The notes beneath the pieces were generated by a model. The model saw nothing but the letters and a program-made list of their open reading frames with translations. It was not told where the DNA came from and searched no databases. This document shows, piece after piece, positions 18,359 to 25,165 of a stretch of DNA of 26,934 nt. The first letter of the stretch is position 1, and every line of letters begins with the position of its first letter. The stretch is from the sequence record DRR723986_4862, one strand, 5' to 3'. The translations under genes and the position numbers were made by a program.

Positions 18359-18985
18359 TTACAGGCGCCGCAAAATACCCAGACTATTCACACGCTCGAC
18401 CGCTTCAAATAAGCCCGAGGCAAGTGCCAAGCGATAGATAGCAATAGGCGCTTGACCGCCCTCTTCGGGGTTGGGAAATAGGTCGTGAATAGCCAGAATG
18501 CCGCCGCGTTGAATGTGGCTTGTCCAGCACCGGTAGTCGTTTAGGGCTGCCTCGAGACTGTGCCCACCATCGATGAAGACCATTGCTAACGGGGTTTGCC
18601 AATGCTTGGCACACACTTCGGAGGGCGCAACCAGCGGCACCACCCACTGCTCAAAGTTAGCGCGACGGATATTTCGGCGAAACTCTGCAAAGGTGTCGAA
18701 GTGGGCGTCGTTGGCGTTGTACAGCTCGGGGTCGTGAAACATTTCCCCCAATTGGTGTTCTTCTGAGCCGATGTGGTGGTCAACGGCGTACACAACACCG
18801 CTCTCTGGGGCGCTATCCTGGCAAGCCTTGGCAAGATAGAGAGTAGATTTTCCGCAATAGCTGCCCACTTCTAACAGGGCGCCCCGCGGGGCTTGCTCGC
18901 AGCCGTGGCGGTACAGGGCATCGGCTTCGTCATCGGCGAGAAAGCCTTTCACAAGGGCGATATCGATGGGCAGAGAAACGGGCAT
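18359..18985 (-). CDS. Class I SAM-dependent methyltransferase (Methyltransf_24-like)
   Basis: Motif I LLEVGSYCGKST, then FIDGGHS and GGILAIHD. The start was moved from the TTG at 19042 to the ATG at 18985 (MPVSLP...) by judgement. Confidence 0.85.
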   Translation of the reverse strand: MPVSLPIDIALVKGFLADDEADALYRHGCEQAPRGALLEVGSYCGKSTLYLAKACQDSAPESGVVYAVDHHIGSEEHQLGEMFHDPELYNANDAHFDTFAEFRRNIRRANFEQWVVPLVAPSEVCAKHWQTPLAMVFIDGGHSLEAALNDYRCWTSHIQRGGILAIHDLFPNPEEGGQAPIAIYRLALASGLFEAVERVNSLGILRRL

Positions 18986-19060
18986 GGTGTTCACCAGAAA
19001 ATACGGAAGCGAAACCTTAGCCAAAGTCCTGTCGGTGAGCAACTTACCATCCTGTCAGCT

Positions 19061-19089
19061 TTCACTCTGTTGTGTCGCGTGTCTATACT
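19061..19089 (+). promoter_or_regulatory. Putative sigma70 promoter for the GST gene
   Basis: TTCACT-N17-TATACT about 32 nt upstream of the ATG, with a GGAG SD. Confidence 0.5.
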
Positions 19090-19121
19090 GATGAGCTTAT
19101 TACCTCGATCTGGAGAACAAC

Positions 19122-19778
19122 ATGCTTAAGCTCTATGGGTTTGCTGTGAGTAATTATTTCAACATGGTTAAGCACAGCCTGTTGCATAAGGGCATTGATT
19201 TTGACGAGGTCACGGTATACCCGAGTGCCGAGCCCGACTACCTGCGCAAGAGCCCACTGGGCAAGGTGCCTTGCATTGAAACCGATCAGGGCTTTCTCGC
19301 AGAGACCAGCGTGATAGTGGAGTACTTGGATGCGCGCTACCCGGACCAGCCGCTGCTCCCAAATGACGAGTGGCAGCGAGCGAAGTGTCGGGAGTTAATG
19401 AAGATTATCGAGCTGTATTTAGAGCTTCCCGCTCGCCGGTTGCTGCCGGCGGTGCTGGGGGCAGCAAAAGCCGATGACGGCGTTGTCGCCGAGGTTGCTG
19501 AGGCACTCGACAAGGGCATTCGGGCGCTGTCGGCGCTGGTTTCGCCTCAGCCCTTTGTTATGGGTGAGCAGATGACGGCTGCGGATATTGTATTGCGCTA
19601 CGCTCTGGTCGTTGTTGAGCTGGTTAGCGGCGCCTTGTATCAGCGAGATATCTGCGCCGAAGTGGCCGGTCTGCCTGAGTGGAAAGCGCGCATGGCGGAG
19701 ATGCCCATCAGCCAGCAGCTGGATGCGGAGTCTGAAAAAGCCATGGCGGCCTTCATGGCAATGGTTCAGGGCAAGTAG
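19122..19778 (+). CDS. Glutathione S-transferase
   Basis: N-terminal thioredoxin-like GST domain (LKLYGFAVSNY, SPLGKVP, ETSVIVEYL) and C-terminal N-capping motif TAADI. Confidence 0.92.
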   Translation: MLKLYGFAVSNYFNMVKHSLLHKGIDFDEVTVYPSAEPDYLRKSPLGKVPCIETDQGFLAETSVIVEYLDARYPDQPLLPNDEWQRAKCRELMKIIELYLELPARRLLPAVLGAAKADDGVVAEVAEALDKGIRALSALVSPQPFVMGEQMTAADIVLRYALVVVELVSGALYQRDICAEVAGLPEWKARMAEMPISQQLDAESEKAMAAFMAMVQGK

Positions 19779-19797
19779 CCCGCTAGCACTGGCAGGC

Positions 19798-21678
19798 TCA
19801 GTCTGCCAGTGCTTCCAGTTGTTCTTGCAGTTCCAGCCACGCCTCTTCTGCAGTGTTGTTTTCTGTTTGCAGGCGCGCCTGCTCAGCCAATAATGTTTTC
19901 AATTGTTGTTTGTTGGCCTCGTCGTACAGGCTGGTGTCGGCGAGCTGAGCTTCTATGGCCTGCAGTTGCTCGGCGACTTTTTGCAGTGTCCGCTCTAGTT
20001 TTTTGATCTCATTGTTGAGGGGGGCCAGTTTTGCGCGTTTCGCGGCGGCGTCTTGGCGCGCTTTCTTCTTGTCGACAACGGGCGCCGTGCTGGCCGACTG
20101 CGGCTTATCGCCAAGTTCTCTGTTGCGGCTCAATAGCCATTGGCGGTAGTCATCCAGGCTGCCGTCGAAGGGGCTAACCGAGCCATTGTCGACAAGCAGT
20201 AGCTCGTCGACGGTATTGCGCAACAGGTGGCGGTCGTGGGAGACCACAATCACCGCACCTTCATATTCCTGGAGGGCGCTGGTGAGCGCGTGACACATCT
20301 CCAGGTCCAGGTGGTTGGTGGGCTCATCGAGTAGCAGTACGTTGGGCCGCTGCCAAACAATAATGGCGAGTGCAAGGCGCGCTTTTTCACCGCCGGAGAA
20401 ATGTAAGCAGCTACCTTCAGCGCGCTCACCCTTAAAGTTAAAGCCGCCGAGAAAGTTACGAATATCCTGCTCTCGGGCGTCGGGCCGAAGACGCTGAAGC
20501 TGCAACAGCGGGCTGGCATTGAGATCCAAAGACTCCAACTGGTGTTGGTGGAAGTAGCCCATGTGCAGGTGTTCGCCGCTGTGGCGCTGCCCGCTGAGTG
20601 GCGTTAGTGTCCCCGCGAGGGATTTCATTAGAGTCGACTTACCCGCGCCATTAGCACCGAGCAGGCCTATTCTGCTGCCTGGGTGAATGCTCAGGTTTAC
20701 CTTGTTGAGTAAGGGCTCACTATACCCCAGCGCGGCATTACTGAGTCCCAGCAGCGGGTCGGAGTACTGGCTCGGCGCATAAAAGCGAAAATGGAAGGGG
20801 GAGTCCACATGCGCGGGGGCGATCTCGCTCATGCGCTCAAGGGCTTTAAGTCGGCTTTGTGCCTGCTTGGCTTTACTGGCTTTGGCGCGAAAGCGGCGCA
20901 CAAAATCTTCCATATGGGCGCGCTCAGCCTGCTGCTTTTCATAGGCTTGCTGTTGCTGCGCCAGGCGCTCTGCTCGCTGGCGTTCGAAGGCACTGTAATT
21001 GCCGCGATAGCGATGGAGCTGATGGTGTTCCAGGTGAACGACAAAGTCGCAGCAGGCGTCGATAAAATCTCGGTCGTGGGAGATAAGCAGCAGCGTACCT
21101 TCATAGCGTCGCAGCCACTGTTCCAGCCATAGGCTGGCGTCGAGGTCCAAGTGGTTGGTCGGTTCGTCGAGCAGCAAAAGGTCTGATGGGCACATCAGGG
21201 CCTGGGCTAGATTGAGGCGGATGCGCCAGCCACCTGAAAAGTCGCTGACCGGCTTGTCCACCTCTGTCAGTGCAAAGCCCAGCCCCTGCAGGAGTTGTTC
21301 GGCGTCGCTGCGAATTTGGTAGGCGTGGATCAGCTCCATCTCCGCCAACAGCTCGGCAAGGCGGTGGTCGTCATTGCAGGCCTCGATATCGGCCTCGATG
21401 CGGCGGTAGTGCTGGTGGCCGTCAATCACATATTCGATTGCTGGCCGGTCACTGGCCTCTACTTCCTGGCGCATTTGCGCGATCTGCCATTGCGCTGGCA
21501 TCTGCAGGTCGCCGCTGTCATAGCTGAGCTCATTGCACAGTAGTTTAAACAGACTGGATTTACCGCTGCCATTGGCACCAACCAGCGCCATGTGCTCGCC
21601 CGGATTCACGCGCAGCGACGCCTCCTCTAGCAAGGCTTTGCCACCGCGTTGTAAGCTGAGATTTATCAGTTCAATCAT
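19798..21678 (-). CDS. yheS: ABC-F family ribosome-associated ATPase (YheS-like)
   Basis: Two ABC cassettes (GANGSGKS/FSGGWR/LLLLDEPTNHLD and GANGAGKS/FSGGEK/LLLDEPTNHLD), linker RFRAKASKAKQAQSR, a C-terminal coiled coil and no TM segments. Confidence 0.9.
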   Translation of the reverse strand: MIELINLSLQRGGKALLEEASLRVNPGEHMALVGANGSGKSSLFKLLCNELSYDSGDLQMPAQWQIAQMRQEVEASDRPAIEYVIDGHQHYRRIEADIEACNDDHRLAELLAEMELIHAYQIRSDAEQLLQGLGFALTEVDKPVSDFSGGWRIRLNLAQALMCPSDLLLLDEPTNHLDLDASLWLEQWLRRYEGTLLLISHDRDFIDACCDFVVHLEHHQLHRYRGNYSAFERQRAERLAQQQQAYEKQQAERAHMEDFVRRFRAKASKAKQAQSRLKALERMSEIAPAHVDSPFHFRFYAPSQYSDPLLGLSNAALGYSEPLLNKVNLSIHPGSRIGLLGANGAGKSTLMKSLAGTLTPLSGQRHSGEHLHMGYFHQHQLESLDLNASPLLQLQRLRPDAREQDIRNFLGGFNFKGERAEGSCLHFSGGEKARLALAIIVWQRPNVLLLDEPTNHLDLEMCHALTSALQEYEGAVIVVSHDRHLLRNTVDELLLVDNGSVSPFDGSLDDYRQWLLSRNRELGDKPQSASTAPVVDKKKARQDAAAKRAKLAPLNNEIKKLERTLQKVAEQLQAIEAQLADTSLYDEANKQQLKTLLAEQARLQTENNTAEEAWLELQEQLEALAD

Positions 21679-21686
21679 GGGGCGCG

Positions 21687-21692
21687 ATTATA
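21687..21692 (-). promoter_or_regulatory. Consensus -10 element (TATAAT) 8 nt upstream of the yheS ATG
   Basis: Minus strand GCGC-TATAAT-CGCGCCCC-ATG, with no SD. Confidence 0.55.
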
Positions 21693-21702
21693 GCGCGGGT
21701 GT

Positions 21703-22221
21703 ATGGGCGAGTCGGCAGATTTTATGGCAAGCGAGACAGATTCTTCACAAAGCGGTGTGTTGTGGGACTATGCGCTTGAGCGGTATGCGCGCGATGGCGT
21801 CGCCGAATGCTGCGTGGCCTTGCAGGATGAAGCTGGGGCAAACGTACTGTTAATTATCGTTGCGGCCTATCTGGCCGAGCGCGGCATACCGCTGACAGGG
21901 CCGCGTGTGCAAGTGCTGGTTAGCGGCGCGAGCGCACTGCAGGCCTCGCTGATAGAACCGCTTCGCGCGTTGCGGCGGGCCAATCGACCGTTGGACGGCG
22001 AGGCCTGTGAGCGGCAGCGCGATACCTATCAGAGCTTGAAACAGGCGGAGCTTGCGGCCGAGCGCTGGCAGCTGGCACAGCTCGCGGAGCTAGTTTTGCC
22101 TTGGAATCCAGAGCAAGTGCCAACGCGGCAATTATTGCAACGTAATATCCGCGCTGTTGCCGGGGCCGCCGAGAAGTCTATGCTCGACCGTCTCGTCAGA
22201 GCACTACGCACAGACCGGTGA
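21703..22221 (+). CDS. TIGR02444/DUF2390-like protein
   Basis: N-terminal LWDYALERYARDGVAECCVALQDEAGANV, then IEPLRALRR and LKQAELAAER. It is divergent from yheS as in Pseudomonas. The start may be the ATG at 21724. Confidence 0.8.
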   Translation: MGESADFMASETDSSQSGVLWDYALERYARDGVAECCVALQDEAGANVLLIIVAAYLAERGIPLTGPRVQVLVSGASALQASLIEPLRALRRANRPLDGEACERQRDTYQSLKQAELAAERWQLAQLAELVLPWNPEQVPTRQLLQRNIRAVAGAAEKSMLDRLVRALRTDR

Positions 22222-22229
22222 GGGCGGCG

Positions 22230-22985
22230 TTAGAAGTCGTCGAACAGGCTTGCCAGGCGGTCTTCGGCCTTATTCGGGTGGCTGGGAATGTCACTCATCC
22301 GCTTTGGCAGACGTTGTCGTGGTGTGGCTTTCTTCGCCAGCGTTGCGGTAGTGCTGGTAGCATCAGCGCTTTTCGGCGTGGCTGGCGCTTTTGCCTTCGG
22401 TGGAACCTGGCTTTTGGCCGGCGTTACAGGCATTTCGGGCTTTTTGGCGGCTTTTGGTTCCGGCTTTGACTTCGGCTTCGGCTTTGATGCGGCTTTGGTC
22501 GGAGAGGGGGAGGCGCTTTCTTTCGGCGCGGCCTTGGTACTTTTTGTTGCAGCTGCTTTTGCCGGTTTGGTCACGGCTGGCGCTTTTTTTGTCGCTTTGA
22601 GCGATTTTTCGGCATCGCTCATCGCTTTTATAACCGCTTTTTCTTTGCGCAACTGGAGCTTTAGGCTCAATGCTTCACTGCGTAGCTCTGCAAGCTGGGT
22701 TTGCGCATCGTCCAGCTGTTGCTGGGCCCTGGTCAGGCTGTCTTCTGCCCGCTTGATCAGGCTGGGTTTCTCGCCTTGCTTGTCGCGCAGCCGCTGTTTC
22801 GCTTCACTGTGGTTGTGGCGCGCCTTTTCTGTTTTTGCTTTCTGCGTTTCTACTGATTTTTCAATGGCTTGTAGTTGTTTCTCTAGGGTGGCGAGCTGTT
22901 TGGCACGCAGCGTTTCCAGTTCTGACTGAAGGCGCTGCAGCTCGGCCAGGGGCTTCTCTTTTACTTTCTTTTTATTGAATACCAT
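22230..22985 (-). CDS. AlgP-like protein (N-terminal coiled coil plus K/A/P-rich histone H1-like tail)
   Basis: N-terminus KKKVKEKPLAELQRL, a long heptad region and a low-complexity TKPAKAAATK/KPKPKSKPEPKAAKK tail. Same position as Pseudomonas algP, between the yheS locus and FKBP. Confidence 0.65.
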   Translation of the reverse strand: MVFNKKKVKEKPLAELQRLQSELETLRAKQLATLEKQLQAIEKSVETQKAKTEKARHNHSEAKQRLRDKQGEKPSLIKRAEDSLTRAQQQLDDAQTQLAELRSEALSLKLQLRKEKAVIKAMSDAEKSLKATKKAPAVTKPAKAAATKSTKAAPKESASPSPTKAASKPKPKSKPEPKAAKKPEMPVTPAKSQVPPKAKAPATPKSADATSTTATLAKKATPRQRLPKRMSDIPSHPNKAEDRLASLFDDF

Positions 22986-23026
22986 AGTTGTGGGCCCGCG
23001 GAATGATTAAAAAACCGTCAAATTCC

Positions 23027-23032
23027 ATTATA
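23027..23032 (-). promoter_or_regulatory. -10 element for the AlgP-like gene
   Basis: Perfect TATAAT on the minus strand 41 nt upstream of the ATG; the -35 element is weak. Confidence 0.4.
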
Positions 23033-23097
23033 CAAACTTGTTGGCGGGAAGCTATCTGCTGGTTGGCGCCAATTTTTGTCTGCGCCTGTGTCTATGT

Positions 23098-23124
23098 GAA
23101 CGCTTGTGGCAGACTATGGTCTGA
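23098..23124 (+). promoter_or_regulatory. Putative sigmaE (RpoE/AlgU) promoter for the FKBP gene
   Basis: GAACGC-N16-TCTGA versus the consensus GAACTT-N16/17-TCTGA. E. coli fkpA is a known sigmaE target. Confidence 0.55.
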
Positions 23125-23182
23125 CACAGGTGTCGCCGAATGACTCGGCGGTTCCCAATTCCCTGAAAACTAAGGTAGTTTC

Positions 23183-23878
23183 ATGAAAAAAACAGTAGTG
23201 GGTGCGGTGGTAATGAGCGGGTTGCTGGCTGCCTGCGGTGGCAATAACTCTGAACCATCATTAGATTCCGAGATTGCGAAGGTAAGCTACGGAATTGGCG
23301 CAAATATTGGCTCGCGATTCGGCGACGACTTGCCGTTGGATGTCGATGCATTTAGCGCGGGTGTACGCGACGCCATTGCCGGCGGTGAGCTGAAAATGAG
23401 CGATGAAGAGATTATGTCAACGCTGCAGGCTTACCAGCAAAAGCAGATGGCCGAACGTCAGGTAGAATCTCAGGCCCTGGCTGAAACAAACCGTAAAGAA
23501 GCCGAAGCATTTCTGGCTGAAAATGCGTCTGCCGAGGGTGTTGTTGTCACCGATAGTGGCCTGCAATACAAGGTACTGGCTGAAGGAGATGGCGCGAGCC
23601 CGAGCGAGAGTGACACGGTAGAAGTGCACTACGAGGGAACATTGCTGGATGGCAGTGTGTTTGACAGCTCCTATCAGCGCGGTGAAACCGTAAGCTTCCC
23701 TGTGAATGGTGTGATCGAGGGTTGGACTGAAGCGCTGCAGATGATGAAGGTCGGCTCCAAGTGGAAACTGTTTATCCCCTCTGACCTGGCCTACGGCCCT
23801 GGTGGCGCGGGACAGATGATTGGCCCCAATGCGGCACTGGTTTTTGAAGTGGAACTGCTGGGCATTAAAGGCAAGTAA
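23183..23878 (+). CDS. FKBP-type peptidyl-prolyl isomerase (FkpA/FklB/Mip family), predicted lipoprotein
   Basis: Lipobox LLAAC, N-terminal dimerisation domain (SYGIG) and FKBP domain (SGLQY, VHYEGTL.DG.VFDSS, VIEGWTEAL, IPSDLAYG, LVFEVELL). Confidence 0.95.
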   Translation: MKKTVVGAVVMSGLLAACGGNNSEPSLDSEIAKVSYGIGANIGSRFGDDLPLDVDAFSAGVRDAIAGGELKMSDEEIMSTLQAYQQKQMAERQVESQALAETNRKEAEAFLAENASAEGVVVTDSGLQYKVLAEGDGASPSESDTVEVHYEGTLLDGSVFDSSYQRGETVSFPVNGVIEGWTEALQMMKVGSKWKLFIPSDLAYGPGGAGQMIGPNAALVFEVELLGIKGK

Positions 23879-23884
23879 AAGAAG

Positions 23885-23923
23885 ATAAGGGCTCTTTTGT
23901 GCGGGTGCTCAGAGAGCCCTTAT
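23885..23923 (+). terminator. Stem-loop immediately after the FKBP stop (possible terminator or stabiliser)
   Basis: 11-bp inverted repeat ATAAGGGCTCT...AGAGCCCTTAT; the U-tract is weak. Confidence 0.45.
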
Positions 23924-23941
23924 TGGCATTTTACCCCCAAT

Positions 23942-23967
23942 AAAAAAACCCCAGTATTCGCTGGGGT
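23942..23967 (-). terminator. Rho-independent terminator (minus strand)
   Basis: Minus strand ACCCCAG-CGAATA-CTGGGG-TTTTTTT. Confidence 0.85.
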
Positions 23968-24154
23968 GAATTCTTTCTAGATCGGAGATAGTGCCTCAGG
24001 GAGCTTTTGCTGAGCGATGGTATAACGCCGCCATTGTGCAAAGTTTGGGAAAGAGCTGCAAAGCCGTCTCTGCAAAATGGGGTGTTTCACTGCCTAGCAG
24101 AAAACCCAAGTGGTGCGATACGTCCTTGTATGCACCGGTGTCATCCTTGACACC
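23942..24154 (-). ncRNA. Candidate CsrA/RsmA-binding sRNA (Csr/Rsm-like); ends approximate
   Basis: Two tandem hairpins with AAGGAU and AAGGAC loops, further hairpins and an intrinsic terminator. A TATGAT -10 element and a GacA/UvrY-like box lie upstream. Confidence 0.55.
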
Positions 24155-24206
24155 TTCATCATAGCTTTTCCTCGTTCTGCCACCAGACGAGATCAGAGTG
24201 AGATAA

Positions 24207-24224
24207 TGTGAGACATCGTCTACT
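24207..24224. promoter_or_regulatory. GacA/UvrY-like upstream activating sequence
   Basis: TGTGAGACATCGTCTACT is an imperfect palindrome. It matches the E. coli csrB UvrY box TGTGAGAGATCTCTTACA (recalled from memory) at 13/18 positions and lies about 55-72 bp upstream of the inferred sRNA start. Confidence 0.4.
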
Positions 24225-25143
24225 GGTGACGGTCGGGGTGTTGGAGCGCATCGTCGAGCATACGGTCAACGGTGGGAAAGTCGAAGGAAAAACCTGCCCT
24301 CAGTAAGCCGTCAGGAATAATGCGTTGGGAGCTGTAGAATAACTCCCGCATTTCTCCAAACAGGATCTTTGCGGCAAATTCAGGAATTGAAAACAGCAGG
24401 GGCCGCCGCAGTTTATTTGCCAGTAACCGGCTGAACTCGCGATTTGTGACAGGCTCAGGCCCGCTGATATTGAATGCGCCCTCTAACTCCTTGCTCTCAA
24501 TCAAAAAAAGCAGCGCTTTAACGGCGTCATGGCGATGGATATAGGCCTGCCACTGCTTGCCGTGGCCGAAACAGGCGCCAACACCGAGTGAAAAGGCCGG
24601 CCGCATTTTCGCCAGAGCGCCGGCCTCTCTGTCTCTGTCCAGCACGACCGCAAACCTGGCGATAATGGTCCTACAGGGGCTGTTGATGCTCTCTTCCCAG
24701 CGTTGGCAAAGTTCAGCAGAGAATCCTCGGCCAATTGGGGAATTTTCATTGAGCGCTTTGTCACCGCCATCGCCATAAATGCCGATCGCCGATGCATTAA
24801 TGAAGGTGTGAAGTGACGGCCAGTGTTTTACCGCGACGTTTACTTGCTCGGTCGCTGAGAGGCGGCTGCTCAGTAGGCGGTTTTTTTGCTGTGCGCTCCA
24901 TCGCTTTGCGGCAATGTTTTCCCCGGCCAGATTCACCACGATATGGGCGTCGATTTCACGCAAGGTGCTGTAATCATGCAGCTGGATGTCAGCTTGCCCT
25001 TCCTCAAAAATTGCTTGTAAATGGGCCTTCGAGCGACCCACCGCGTGCACCTTGTAGCCCTGAGCGAGCAGTTGGCAGCACAGTGCCTGGCCTATAAAGC
25101 CGCTGGCACCAATAACCGCGACACTTTCCTGTTGTGTTCCCAT
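24220..25143 (-). CDS. TIGR01777 family NAD-dependent epimerase/oxidoreductase (YfcH-like)
   Basis: Motifs IGASGFIG, VVNLAGENIA.KRWS..QK.RL..SR, ASAIGIYG, LCQRWE and IHRHD, plus a C-terminal DUF1731-like GFSFDFP. Confidence 0.92.
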   Translation of the reverse strand: MGTQQESVAVIGASGFIGQALCCQLLAQGYKVHAVGRSKAHLQAIFEEGQADIQLHDYSTLREIDAHIVVNLAGENIAAKRWSAQQKNRLLSSRLSATEQVNVAVKHWPSLHTFINASAIGIYGDGGDKALNENSPIGRGFSAELCQRWEESINSPCRTIIARFAVVLDRDREAGALAKMRPAFSLGVGACFGHGKQWQAYIHRHDAVKALLFLIESKELEGAFNISGPEPVTNREFSRLLANKLRRPLLFSIPEFAAKILFGEMRELFYSSQRIIPDGLLRAGFSFDFPTVDRMLDDALQHPDRHQ

Positions 25144-25165
25144 AACGTGCTCCTTGGCTACCCGG

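Noticed and set aside
22288-22929. 213-aa very hydrophobic plus-strand ORF
   Set aside because: It is the antisense shadow of the Lys/Ala/Pro-rich AlgP-like gene; Lys codons read as Phe/Leu on the other strand.
23977-24090. 37-aa GTG ORF, or amber read-through product, ending before the terminator
   Set aside because: It has no properly spaced SD and no recognisable composition or read-through signal. An RNA-structure explanation fits better.
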